From the NCBI GenBank assembly GCA_965250085.1, contig OZ252287.1, positions 352,001-416,000 on the forward strand: DNA of 64,000 nt. Direction: 5' to 3'. The translations under genes were made by a program, and so were the position numbers. The notes below the pieces were generated by a model that saw only the letters and a list, made by a program, of their open reading frames with translations, was not told the DNA's origin and searched no databases. Positions 8,930 to 18,502 of the stretch are shown here, piece by piece. Every line of letters starts with the position of its first letter. The stretch's first letter is position 1. The stretch comes from Candidatus Altimarinota bacterium. GTDB taxonomy: Bacteria > Patescibacteriota > Gracilibacteria > CAIRYL01.

Positions 8930-10681
8930 ATGTCGAACAATAAAGCAAAATTAGATTGGCGAGAACTCTTAGATGAGTATGAGAATGAAAAAGCAGAAGG
9001 TTATATTCTGTATCTTAGGCGTTCAATAAAAAGAAGAAAGAAAAATGGAATAGCTATTGATGAAGAGGAGGAGAAGCAAGAACGTATAGATAAAGTATCT
9101 ATCGAACAGCAAAGAGAGGTGTGTGAACATATTGCTCAATCACGAAATCTTAAAATCGTTGCAACATACGAAGAAGAAGTCTCAGCAAAAAAGCCAGGTA
9201 AGCGTAGTGAGTTTAAGAAGATGCTCGAACATCTACAAACCAGTAAAAAATCTCTAGGAGTACTTGCATGGGCGCCAGACAGACTTAGTAGGAATGCAAT
9301 CGAGGCTGGAATTCTTATCCAGCAATTTCTGGATAGAGATATAATGGATTTCCAATTTGCTACATATCACTTTAATCAAGATGATACAGGGGTTGAATAT
9401 CTCATGATGGAGTTTGCACGTGCGATGGGTTATTCCCTTCGTCTTCGTAAAAATGTACTAAGAGGAATGTATAAGGGGTTTTTCGATGAAGGAGAGTGGT
9501 TGTTTGCTGATAAGTTTGGATACACTAGCTTACTTAAAACCTTTTCAGGTGGTGAGCGTAAAAGAGTAAAGTTCCCTATACCTCATGAAGGCGATGGAGA
9601 GCTTATGGGGGAATTTGAAGCAGTACAAATGGCTTTTGATTTGAGATTGAAAGGATATTCCTTAGAAAGAATTTCTTCAGAAATAAATAAAAAGGGATTT
9701 ATAACCAAAAAGGGTAAGCGAGGGAAGATGACCAAACAGAAGCTTAGTGGGAACAAAAGTCGTAAAGGTTATCTTCACGATTCTTTTTATTATGGAATGA
9801 TGGAAATGGAATGGGGCAATAAAGATATTTCAGACAGGACTATCTTCGATGACCATGGAACTGAGATTCTATTTACACCTGTTGTTCTAAAGGAGGTGTA
9901 TGACCAAGTTCAGCTAATAAACGATAGTAAGGCGAATATCAAAGCTAAAACTCATGATGACCTACCATTTAGGGGGCAAATCTTTTGTGGGCATTGTGAA
10001 GGTCCATTAACTCCTCAAAATAAGAAGGGGTATGCATATTACTACTGTTATAACCCTACATGTGTAGCGAATAAGGCTCACAGCCAATCAAGTAAGAAGG
10101 CAAAAAATGAAGGAATAACCGGAACAGCTTTGTTTAATGAAATAGGTAAGATAATTAAAAAGGGATTCAAACTCACAAAAGTAGAGTTCACTTATTATCT
10201 CGCTAGCCTAGAGAAACAACACCAAATAAAGAAACAGGTACGAGCAACTGATTTAAAACGCATAGCAGCAAATAAGGGGCATATTAGAAGAGAGATGGAC
10301 CAAAAGACATCTGAGTTCACTGCAGCACTTGGAAGGCTTAGAAGCCCAAATCAGAAGACCATCAAAGCTATGAATAAAGAACATGATAAGAAAATGGCAC
10401 AATTACAAACTCGGTATGATTCAGAGAATGAAAAAGAGAATCATATTAACCAAGCAAATCATGCTTGGACTCAGGATTTGATTCATTGGTTAGAACACAT
10501 GCAAAAAGCCCATACCTACTGGGAAAAAGCTACATTCGACCAAAAAAGGATAATTGCTGAAAATCTCTTCTTAGAACTGGCAATCAAAGATGGGAAATTG
10601 GCTAGCTTTACATACAAAAAACCCTACTCCGCTTTGGAGAAGGCTAATTTGTCATACAATGGTGGACCTGGGAAGACTTGA
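8930..10681 (+). CDS. Large serine recombinase (integrase)
   Basis: YLRRS catalytic Ser, SIEQQ, EEVSAK..RSEF, PDRLSRN, recombinase domain, Zn ribbon CGHC...CYNPTC and a coiled coil. Confidence 0.92.
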   Translation: MSNNKAKLDWRELLDEYENEKAEGYILYLRRSIKRRKKNGIAIDEEEEKQERIDKVSIEQQREVCEHIAQSRNLKIVATYEEEVSAKKPGKRSEFKKMLEHLQTSKKSLGVLAWAPDRLSRNAIEAGILIQQFLDRDIMDFQFATYHFNQDDTGVEYLMMEFARAMGYSLRLRKNVLRGMYKGFFDEGEWLFADKFGYTSLLKTFSGGERKRVKFPIPHEGDGELMGEFEAVQMAFDLRLKGYSLERISSEINKKGFITKKGKRGKMTKQKLSGNKSRKGYLHDSFYYGMMEMEWGNKDISDRTIFDDHGTEILFTPVVLKEVYDQVQLINDSKANIKAKTHDDLPFRGQIFCGHCEGPLTPQNKKGYAYYYCYNPTCVANKAHSQSSKKAKNEGITGTALFNEIGKIIKKGFKLTKVEFTYYLASLEKQHQIKKQVRATDLKRIAANKGHIRREMDQKTSEFTAALGRLRSPNQKTIKAMNKEHDKKMAQLQTRYDSENEKENHINQANHAWTQDLIHWLEHMQKAHTYWEKATFDQKRIIAENLFLELAIKDGKLASFTYKKPYSALEKANLSYNGGPGKT

Positions 10682-10736
10682 ACTTCCGACCTCACGATTA
10701 TCAGTCGTGCGCTCTAACCAGCTGAGCTACAGGTCC
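10660..10736 (-). tRNA. tRNA-Ile (GAT), encoded CCA
   Basis: GGACCTGTAGCTCAGCTGGTTAGAGCGCACGACTGATAATCGTGAGGTCGGAAGTTCAAGTCTTCCCAGGTCCACCA folds as a cloverleaf. Confidence 0.97.
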
Positions 10737-11032
10737 AGAAAAGTAGAAAGTGAAGAGTTATAAAGTTTTTAAAGTTCAAAATTTTTTATTCTATTACTGA
10801 GAATCAAGAGTTGGACTTTGTTCCTATAGGTCCATAGCCAAGGTATTTTTGTGATTTTTCCGAGGAAAATCAAGAGAAAAGTGAGAACCTCATCTGTGTT
10901 TTCTTTTTCTGGTGCAATGCTTTTGTACTGTTAGATTGCTTTTTTTCTCTAAAAATAAATTTATTCAATCTTAATAAAAATTGCTTTTGAATAAATATTT
11001 TATTCATGAACAAATTTGTAGAACACGAATAT

Positions 11033-11305
11033 TTATTTTTCTCCGATCAAATATTTGCATCCTTCTGCTCCCATTTGAGCTGAATGAACCGTGTTTGCAG
11101 GCACGTCAACCCTCTCCCCTGCTGCGTATATGTGTGTGTTTCCTTCTGAAGTAAGTGTCATCTCTCCTTGCAGAATAACATGTGCTGTTTTTGTTTGGTG
11201 GGTATGGTCTGCGTACAATGTGTATGGCTCGTCTCTCCATACATACACATGTGCATATCCTTCATCTTGAAGTTGCTGCTCGAGTTGAGAAATATCCATA
11301 CACAA
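11033..11305 (-). CDS. Cupin domain protein
   Basis: DHTHQT..HVILQGEM and VPANTVHSA cupin motifs. Confidence 0.85.
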   Translation of the reverse strand: MCMDISQLEQQLQDEGYAHVYVWRDEPYTLYADHTHQTKTAHVILQGEMTLTSEGNTHIYAAGERVDVPANTVHSAQMGAEGCKYLIGEK

Positions 11306-11308
11306 AAA

Positions 11309-12109
11309 CTAAGAAATTGCATTTTGCATTACTTTTTCTGGAGCATTTTTCCCTATCCAAATTTTGAATTGTTCCATGCCTTGATAGAGAAACATATTTT
11401 TTCCAGAAATAATACGTGATCCTGCCAATTCTGCATCTCGAAGAAACCGCGTTTTTTCTGGAGTATAAACAGCGTCAAAGGCTGTCAAATGTGATCGCCA
11501 AAAATCTTGAGGAAGCGGTGATATTTTTTCATACTTTCCCATCATTCCTAAAGGCGTGGTGTTGATGACGAGTTGATATTCTTCAGGTTGCAAGGCTTCA
11601 GGTTTTTTCCACTGTACTCCAAATTCATGTGCCAACCCTGCTGCGGAATTTTCAGTTTTACTCACAATAATGATTTGATCTGCTCTTTGTTCTCTCAGCG
11701 CAAAAATAATGCTTCTGGCTACTCCACCAGCACCAAGTATCAAAACTTTTTTTGCCTCTACATCATATTGCTCGGCGAGAGATTGAGAAAAACCAATCCA
11801 ATCTGTATTCGTTCCACAAAGTCTCTTCTCTTTCCAATATACAGTATTTACTGCTCCAATTTTCTGAGCTGATTCATCTGTTTTATCCAAGAATTCTATG
11901 ACCGTCTCTTTATAAGGAATACTCACTGCCAAACCTTCTATATTTCTTGCTTTTTTGAAGTTTTGATCAAAAAATGTATTCAATGACTCTGGAGAAATAT
12001 CATATCGTTTAAACACTGCATCAACACCACGGTGTTTGAATGCAGCAGTATGCATTTGAGGAGATTGGGAATGGCTGACGGGGTGAGCAAGAATACCGTA
12101 ATGGAGCAT
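11309..12109 (-). CDS. aroE: Shikimate dehydrogenase (start probably ATG 12109)
   Basis: HSQSPQMH, VSIPYK, IGAVNT, NTDWIGF, LGAGGVAR, NTTPLGM, MFLYQG motifs. Confidence 0.93.
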   Translation of the reverse strand: MLHYGILAHPVSHSQSPQMHTAAFKHRGVDAVFKRYDISPESLNTFFDQNFKKARNIEGLAVSIPYKETVIEFLDKTDESAQKIGAVNTVYWKEKRLCGTNTDWIGFSQSLAEQYDVEAKKVLILGAGGVARSIIFALREQRADQIIIVSKTENSAAGLAHEFGVQWKKPEALQPEEYQLVINTTPLGMMGKYEKISPLPQDFWRSHLTAFDAVYTPEKTRFLRDAELAGSRIISGKNMFLYQGMEQFKIWIGKNAPEKVMQNAIS

Positions 12110-12140
12110 GTCAATCGGAGTCGAGAAAGACAAAGAATGG

Positions 12141-13304
12141 TCAATGATTTTTTAAAGCATTTCGAAAGCTCTTCATCTTTTTACTCTTCATTTTTTTTAC
12201 ACACTTCTCTATGTCTGGAAGAGATTTTAGTGAATCTTTGAGGGCGACCAAATCTCTCGGATTGGCTCTGCCACATGAAATCTTGGCAAGCAATCTTTCC
12301 AAATCATTCACTTGCCTCAGATGAGATTGAAGCTCTTTGAGATCTGCAGGATTTTCCAGCAAATCTTCTACTCCTTCAAGTCTCTGAGTAATTCGCTTAA
12401 TATCTTGAAGGGGATGAAGGATTGATTGCCTGAGCATTCTGCCCCCCATAGCTGTTTTTGTTTCATCAATAGTGTGCACCAAACTCCCCTCTTTCCTTCC
12501 CTCTGCATCCATAAAGAGTTCCAGATGACGAATGGTTTCTACATCAAGATGTAAAGAATCTTTGCTCTTTTCACATCTTATTCCTGCTAGATGCGACACG
12601 TTCCCCTTTTGAGTATCTTGTAAAAATCTCAGCAAGAGCGAAGCAGCATGAACGCAAAGATTTTTTCCTTCAATTCCAAATCCTTTCAGATTTTTTGTTC
12701 TAAAATGTTCAACAAGGTGTGTGTAGGGATCTCGAGCAGGAAGCTGTGTAGAAATCACTGGAAAAAATGATTGAATATCGTTTCTTGAAAATAAATGCTC
12801 TGGAAGTACGAGTTCTTTAAGTTCAAGCCTACGGATCTCTCTTTTTGCCGTTTCGAAGTCGTCTATCTCTCTCACAAAAAAATCCCCTGTGGAAAGATCA
12901 CTTGCAGCAAGGGCAAATTCTCCACTTTGCTCTGCCAGTGCTCCCAAAAACTGATGCTCCTTGGATTCGAGCACTTGTTCAGAAAAAGTTGTTCCAGGAG
13001 TAATCACCCTCACTACCTCTCGTTTTACAATCCCCGGAAGAGAGGGGTCAGACACTTGCTCAGCAATTGCTATTTTTTTTCCTACCTTGGTCAGCTTGGC
13101 CAGATAATTATCCGCTGCATGATAGGGTATCCCGCACATCGGCACTGGGTCAGGAGCGTCTTTGTGCCGTGCTGTAAGTGTGATTCCCAATATTTTGGAA
13201 GCCTCTTTGGCATCTTCTCCAAACATTTCATAAAAATCTCCCAGACGAAAAAATAAAATCGCATCTGGATATTCATCCTTCATTTTATTATATTGCCGTT
13301 GCAT
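12141..13304 (-). CDS. mutS: MutS N-terminal portion only (mismatch-binding, connector and part of core; no clamp or ATPase domain)
   Basis: FFRLGDFYEMF, MCGIPYHA, VKREVVRVITPGT, TAMGGRMLR, DLERLL; ends at 387 aa with no Walker A motif. Confidence 0.85.
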   Translation of the reverse strand: MQRQYNKMKDEYPDAILFFRLGDFYEMFGEDAKEASKILGITLTARHKDAPDPVPMCGIPYHAADNYLAKLTKVGKKIAIAEQVSDPSLPGIVKREVVRVITPGTTFSEQVLESKEHQFLGALAEQSGEFALAASDLSTGDFFVREIDDFETAKREIRRLELKELVLPEHLFSRNDIQSFFPVISTQLPARDPYTHLVEHFRTKNLKGFGIEGKNLCVHAASLLLRFLQDTQKGNVSHLAGIRCEKSKDSLHLDVETIRHLELFMDAEGRKEGSLVHTIDETKTAMGGRMLRQSILHPLQDIKRITQRLEGVEDLLENPADLKELQSHLRQVNDLERLLAKISCGRANPRDLVALKDSLKSLPDIEKCVKKMKSKKMKSFRNALKNH

Positions 13305-13407
13305 AGGAGTTATTTTTTTCAGATATATTCTACAAATCTAAAAAAGCCTATCTATTGTAGAGAGGAAATATCTTTTGCTCAATTCAATCATTTTTAAAAT
13401 TTTGGCT

Positions 13408-14580
13408 TCATACAGAATCTTCGTTTACCGGCAAATCCTCCTGAGCCAGGCATGCAAAAAATGCCTTTTGTAAAGCATCGGAAAGAATACGAACTTTTTC
13501 TGTTGCAATAACAAAATCATGCAAATGAAAATCTACATGATGAGGATGGTCTCTTGAAACTTCACTCTTCAAAAAATCCACAAAAACTCCTCGTCTGTAC
13601 TGCTCCGCCAATTGAGTAGCCATGTCTTCTGCGCTGTACCAATACGCTCCCTTAGGATTATCAGGAGATCCAAAAGTGCAGGGGATCCCCAGAGAATTGA
13701 GTCTTCCGTGAATTTCATTCGCAAGCTGATGGTGAGAAAGATGATTTTTATGAGAATCAATCGTAAAAACTACATTTGTTCTTTCGCTTTTTGGAGTCCA
13801 AAAGATTTTTTCGGTGTAATCTTGCTCATGAGCCTCAATCTTTCCTGGCTCCATGTGAACAAAATCAACTTCTTTTTTACCATGCTGATGGCCTTTTGGA
13901 TGATATGGATTCATCATATGAAGATTGAAGTAGAGTCCTTCATTTTCCGTGACTTCTTGCAAAAAGTGATGGGTGATCTGCATATAGACATCGTGAAACT
14001 CTCTGATGAGACGTTCCACCAGTTGCCAGTGTTTTTCCAAATCAATAATTTCTTTTATCGGGAACATCCGATTGGAGTCTATGACACGAGGATACAAAGC
14101 TCGTATCACAACCGCTCTGACAGAATCTTTTTTTTCAGTAATGTCCGCGTTTCCAATTCCCTTTGCCAGTTCGTGTGCAATTGGAGTGCTTCCTCTGTCT
14201 CCTTCTATGAGGCAATATTTCAAAAGCGTATGAAAGTCATCACGACATGCCTGCAAATATCCAGTTGCTTCAACACGAAAAAAATGAAGCACATCATTGA
14301 GAGAAGCGGTGCCTCCGTGGGGATCCAAAATAGCGCAGGCAAGTGGCGCATTTGGGTCTCCATAGTATGTCACTTCTGCTATTCCGGGAAATATGAGGTT
14401 TTCCCGGCGTTGTTCTGAGTCTACAGAATAATGATCCATCAAAAATCCATTCCCATTGCTCCATGATTGGTGTGCTTTGGTTAAATGCCGGACTTGAAGC
14501 GGTGTTGGAGGAGTAATAGCAAGGTCACTGTTTCCAGTAGAATGAGTTTTTGTGGGAGTATTTGCAGATTCTCTCGTCAT
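13408..14580 (-). CDS. Hypothetical protein, possibly N-formylglutamate amidohydrolase-like (Zn-exopeptidase fold)
   Basis: Ordered motifs LDPHGG, VIDSNR, NLHMM resemble the FGase PHxG / DxNR / DxHS pattern; S/T/P-rich leader. Confidence 0.45.
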   Translation of the reverse strand: MTRESANTPTKTHSTGNSDLAITPPTPLQVRHLTKAHQSWSNGNGFLMDHYSVDSEQRRENLIFPGIAEVTYYGDPNAPLACAILDPHGGTASLNDVLHFFRVEATGYLQACRDDFHTLLKYCLIEGDRGSTPIAHELAKGIGNADITEKKDSVRAVVIRALYPRVIDSNRMFPIKEIIDLEKHWQLVERLIREFHDVYMQITHHFLQEVTENEGLYFNLHMMNPYHPKGHQHGKKEVDFVHMEPGKIEAHEQDYTEKIFWTPKSERTNVVFTIDSHKNHLSHHQLANEIHGRLNSLGIPCTFGSPDNPKGAYWYSAEDMATQLAEQYRRGVFVDFLKSEVSRDHPHHVDFHLHDFVIATEKVRILSDALQKAFFACLAQEDLPVNEDSV

Positions 14581-14644
14581 AAAAGTCCTAACAGTTTGAT
14601 GACCTTCTACTTTAAAAAGTGTGTTTTGTCAATTTGCCATATGA

Positions 14645-16285
14645 CTACACAACTGTTTTTACATAACACTTCTCACAAAGTATTTTTTGATACTTGAGAT
14701 ACTCTGGATAATATGTGACCGTTTGTGTCTTGCACAAATGACATGATACTTCCCGAGGGGTAAAGGTCATGAGTTGCCGGAATCGCTGAAGATTTCTTTC
14801 TTCCGGATAATACTGGGGGAGCGGCAGATTGTGCTGCCGATAAAAATCTAATTCCGGCTTGATAAAATTGTATATTTTTCCGGTTTGAGCACAGGCAATA
14901 ATCTCTTTCAAATATTCATCTGTTATTTCCTGTGTGGTATCTGGAAGCTCTTTTCCGGAAATACCCTTCTCATCATTTTGAGGAATTTCTTCCCAAAATC
15001 CGCCTTTGCTTCGAACTGATTCTTGTGTTTCTGTATTGTAATAAAAGGCTCCCAGTGACAGATTAAAACCGTTATAAGCAAAACGATAGGGAAAGAACTC
15101 TCCATATTCTCCATATTGTTTCATATGCTCAATGATTTTTGGAACAAGCTTTTTATAGTCTTCCTCAGAATACTGCTTATTTAAAATGCAGCACCTTTGA
15201 CGTTTCAAGCCAACACACCCAAAAAGATTCTCAGAACTATAACATTGGTCAATATACTCACTGTCATGACAGTCCATGCAATAATTGGCAAAGTTTACAT
15301 TATTGAGGTCAACACTCTGACATGCTTGATAGCAGAGTTCGCAGGTAAGCAGTCCACTCACATCTTGGCAATTCTTGCTTTGCAATCCTCGCTGAAAATA
15401 CGCACAATCTTCACTTTCTTCCAAGAAGTATGTTTCTGAGCAATTCTTACATTTGGTGATATGATTTCCCGTGCAATTCTGCGCCTGGATTCGGAAATGT
15501 GCCCGATGGAATGCTTCCGTTTGGAGATATTTTTGAAATTTTACTTTTTGATTTTCTAAAAATTTTCGGGAGTTGAGTTGAAAAGTTTTTAATTTGGAAG
15601 AATATTCTTCTTTTGAATATGGCTTATTGAAGATGTGGTATTGCTTGTTACGAAGATTTGAACACATGAAAGAGTCACGAGTGTTATGACAATCATAGAG
15701 AAAATATGAATCGCGACATTGTCTGCAATGAAGAGAAAAGTACAGATTATAACTCTCAAAACAATATGTGCATTCATAGCATTCATTCATGTCAAAACAG
15801 TATGTGAGATCGAGGGAATCTTTTGAACGAATAAGACGATACACATAGTAAACGTCTTCACAATGAACCATAGATCTACTCATGTATGCATTTTTTGAGA
15901 AATACACGTCATCAGCGTAATCACAATTCTGATTATTTTTTCCAAGCTGATGAAAATGCGGAGTTTTACACTGGAGTTCATACAACTGATCAAAAAATGA
16001 ACAATCCCAGTCGATTTCTTGTTCTGGCGGTGTCCATTTATCTGAAAACCAGTATTCTCTTTTGTATACTGGAAAACGTGCCTGAGGAGGGAATGTAGAA
16101 ATAATAGATTCTCCGGAAAAATCACATGTCCGTTTTTGGAGCATTCCAAATGGCCAATGTGCGAGGCGTTGTTGTCGACGACAATCTGGACAGAGAGATG
16201 GCTCTGGTACATTTATGGTTGTATAAAAAGCTCGATCCGAGTCAAGAATTTTGAATTTAGCCGCGCATTGGGAACAAGATGCCAT
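14645..16285 (-). CDS. Cys-rich protein of the type widespread in CPR genomes (Zn ribbons plus C-x-x-C/S repeats)
   Basis: CSQC..., LCPDCRRQQRLA, FFDQLYEL, NCDY, tandem CYECTYC/CRQCRDS repeats, LFGCVGL, EYGEFFP, CEKCY. Confidence 0.8.
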   Translation of the reverse strand: MASCSQCAAKFKILDSDRAFYTTINVPEPSLCPDCRRQQRLAHWPFGMLQKRTCDFSGESIISTFPPQARFPVYKREYWFSDKWTPPEQEIDWDCSFFDQLYELQCKTPHFHQLGKNNQNCDYADDVYFSKNAYMSRSMVHCEDVYYVYRLIRSKDSLDLTYCFDMNECYECTYCFESYNLYFSLHCRQCRDSYFLYDCHNTRDSFMCSNLRNKQYHIFNKPYSKEEYSSKLKTFQLNSRKFLENQKVKFQKYLQTEAFHRAHFRIQAQNCTGNHITKCKNCSETYFLEESEDCAYFQRGLQSKNCQDVSGLLTCELCYQACQSVDLNNVNFANYCMDCHDSEYIDQCYSSENLFGCVGLKRQRCCILNKQYSEEDYKKLVPKIIEHMKQYGEYGEFFPYRFAYNGFNLSLGAFYYNTETQESVRSKGGFWEEIPQNDEKGISGKELPDTTQEITDEYLKEIIACAQTGKIYNFIKPELDFYRQHNLPLPQYYPEERNLQRFRQLMTFTPREVSCHLCKTQTVTYYPEYLKYQKILCEKCYVKTVV

Positions 16286-16391
16286 AGATGTATACTACCT
16301 TTTGCACAAAAAAAAACACAAATTTTTCTTGAATTTGTAGCACCGTAAAAAAAACAAAGTTACAATCTTTGAGGATCTATTCATTGAAATT

Positions 16392-17096
16392 ATGAGAGAC
16401 ACTTGGAGCGTCTTTGATGTCATTGGACCCGTCATGGTAGGTCCTTCCAGCTCACATACTGCTGGGGCATGCAAACTGGGGTATATGGCGCGTATTATCT
16501 TTGGACCGCAACCAAAAAAAGCGATTTTAAAACTCCATGGTTCTTTTGGTGAAGTTTATGCTGGTCATTGTACTGATATTGCAATCATCGGTGGACTTCT
16601 CGGAATGTTGCCATGGGATCCGGATATTCAAAATGCACGTGCAATTGCAAAAAAACAAGGAATGGAAGTACAAATCATCCCCTCTAATCTGGGAAATCAA
16701 TATCACCCCAATACAGTACAGCTTGAGCTCTCTGATGACGAGCGATCTCAGGTTATCATCGGTGAATCCATTGGTGCCGGAAGAATACGAATTACTCAAA
16801 TAGACAAGGTTCCTGTTTCTATCAATGGAGCTTATTCATGTCTTTTGGTGGAATATGATAATACCAAATTTGATATTTCCAAGCTTATGGATACCGCCAA
16901 TAAGAGAAATGTTTCTTTCGTTAATATTGAAACAACACGATACAAAAATCGATCTATCGCTGACATTCAGATTAAGGAATGGTTTGAACGGGATGTTATT
17001 TTTGAAACAGAAGAGCTTCCTGGTGTGCATTGGGCTCGATTTATAAATCATACTTCTCACTATGGAGAAGGAAAAAAAATGTTGTGTAGTTTTTAG
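16392..17096 (+). CDS. sdaAB: L-serine dehydratase, Fe-S dependent, beta subunit
   Basis: FDVIGPVMVGPSSSHTAGA, LHGSF, HPNT, SIGAG. Confidence 0.95.
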   Translation: MRDTWSVFDVIGPVMVGPSSSHTAGACKLGYMARIIFGPQPKKAILKLHGSFGEVYAGHCTDIAIIGGLLGMLPWDPDIQNARAIAKKQGMEVQIIPSNLGNQYHPNTVQLELSDDERSQVIIGESIGAGRIRITQIDKVPVSINGAYSCLLVEYDNTKFDISKLMDTANKRNVSFVNIETTRYKNRSIADIQIKEWFERDVIFETEELPGVHWARFINHTSHYGEGKKMLCSF

Positions 17097-17168
17097 TCAT
17101 TTGAAATTTAAAATTCATAATTTCCGCCACAGGCGGACAGGCTCCATTCATTATTTGTAATTACTCCC

Positions 17169-18074
17169 ATGTCTTTTCAATTTTACTCAGCAGAAAAGCT
17201 CCTCAAACTTCTTGAAAAATCGAAGCACTCTCGTATTTCGGATATTGTCCTCAAAGCTGAAGAAGAACTCACGAGACATTCTGAAAAAGAAATTTTTGAA
17301 AATATGAGGAGCCGCCTTCATTTTATGAAAGAGTCTATTCAAAACACACTCAAGAACCCAAAAAAATCTTTGAGTGAAATGGTAGGAGGAGAGGCCGAAA
17401 TTATGGCGGGAGCAACCACAGAAGATCTCTTTATGTCAGAAGTAATGCAAAAGGCGAGTGTGTATGCGCTTGCTACTATGGAAACCAATGCCTGCATGGG
17501 GCGAATTATTGCGGCTCCTACCGCTGGCTCTGCCGGTATCCTTCCGGGTGTGCTCTTGGCGATACAAGAGGTTTGGGGTGTAGACGAAGATACCATCATT
17601 AGAGGTCTTCTCACCTCTTCTGGAATAGGAATTGTTATTGCCAGTATTTCCACTTTTTCCGCCGCCGCCGCTGGATGTCAGGCGGAGATCGGTGCCTCCA
17701 CTGCTATGGCCGCCGCTGGCATTTCGGAGATTCGCGGCATGAGTCCAGAGAAGTGCATTAATGCCGCTTCATTGGCACTCAAAAATATGTTGGGGCTCGC
17801 CTGTGATCCCATTGCTGGGCTTGTAGAGGTGCCTTGTATGAAACGAAATGTTATTGGAGTCGCCCATGCCATGACCGCCAGTGATATGAGCTTTGCTGGT
17901 ATTAAGAGTGTGGTTCCCTTTGATCAGGTGGTGAACGCGATGAACAACGTGGCAAAAAATATGAACGAAAACATTCGTGAGACTTCAAGAGGAGGACTGG
18001 CAGTAAGTGAAACCGGACGAGCTATTGCAAAAAAAATTCTGGAACGGAGAAAATCTTCGCGAACAGGCTCCTAA
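17169..18074 (+). CDS. sdaAA: L-serine dehydratase, Fe-S dependent, alpha subunit
   Basis: AAPTAGSAGILP, GCQAEIG, GLACDPIAGLVEVPC, RETSRGGLA. Confidence 0.95.
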   Translation: MSFQFYSAEKLLKLLEKSKHSRISDIVLKAEEELTRHSEKEIFENMRSRLHFMKESIQNTLKNPKKSLSEMVGGEAEIMAGATTEDLFMSEVMQKASVYALATMETNACMGRIIAAPTAGSAGILPGVLLAIQEVWGVDEDTIIRGLLTSSGIGIVIASISTFSAAAAGCQAEIGASTAMAAAGISEIRGMSPEKCINAASLALKNMLGLACDPIAGLVEVPCMKRNVIGVAHAMTASDMSFAGIKSVVPFDQVVNAMNNVAKNMNENIRETSRGGLAVSETGRAIAKKILERRKSSRTGS

Positions 18075-18112
18075 AAATATTTTCGGCAAAAAGAGAAAGT
18101 GTCTCAACTTGT

Positions 18113-18140
18113 TTGACAAAAAATAAAAAGCATATAAAAT
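18113..18140 (+). promoter_or_regulatory. Sigma70-like promoter of the orphan gene at 18173
   Basis: TTGACA-16 nt-TAAAAT. Confidence 0.55.
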
Positions 18141-18172
18141 AGACGATGTTTTTTTATTTCCTCCCAATACTT

Positions 18173-18424
18173 ATGAGTGAAACAGTTGATGAACCGAAAG
18201 GAAGAAGCGATGTTGAACAAGGTCAGAGAAATGATGGATCTCACACAATCCCTGAAGGAAAAAGTTTGCACGACGAGTCTTTTCCGTTTCCTTTAACGAG
18301 TCCAATAGCAGCAGTGGCAATAAAGAATGATGATTACCTATCAGTCTTTGCCAGAATTGCTCTGGCACAAAGAGAAGCCCTTCTGAGACAAGAGGAAATA
18401 ATTGCAGACAGACTCCTCCGGTAA
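18173..18424 (+). CDS. Hypothetical protein (83 aa, start re-assigned to ATG 18173)
   Basis: Upstream region and first codons (MSETVDEPKG) are homologous to those of the next gene (MSKTVDAPEG). Confidence 0.6.
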   Translation: MSETVDEPKGRSDVEQGQRNDGSHTIPEGKSLHDESFPFPLTSPIAAVAIKNDDYLSVFARIALAQREALLRQEEIIADRLLR

Positions 18425-18502
18425 AAGTAGGGTGAGTTTAAATTTGAGAAAATACAAAAAAATATAATAAAATGGACGATAGTTTTTTTATTTTCTCGTA
18501 TC

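Larger units (their letters stand above)
1..10681. mobile_element. Integrated element / defence island at the tRNA-Ile 3' end (left boundary outside the window)
   Basis: Resolvase fragment, excisionase-like HTH genes, type III RM, an extra nuclease and a large serine recombinase abutting and overlapping the tRNA 3' end; housekeeping genes start on the other side of the tRNA. Confidence 0.8.

Noticed and set aside
1-10681. Prophage
   Set aside because: No structural, terminase or lysis genes in the visible part; this cannot be excluded for the portion left of the window
13612-14418. Long antisense ORFs (also 57738-58358, 62932-63582, 45185-45745 and many shorter ones)
   Set aside because: They are shadows of better-supported genes on the opposite strand and have no recognisable motifs
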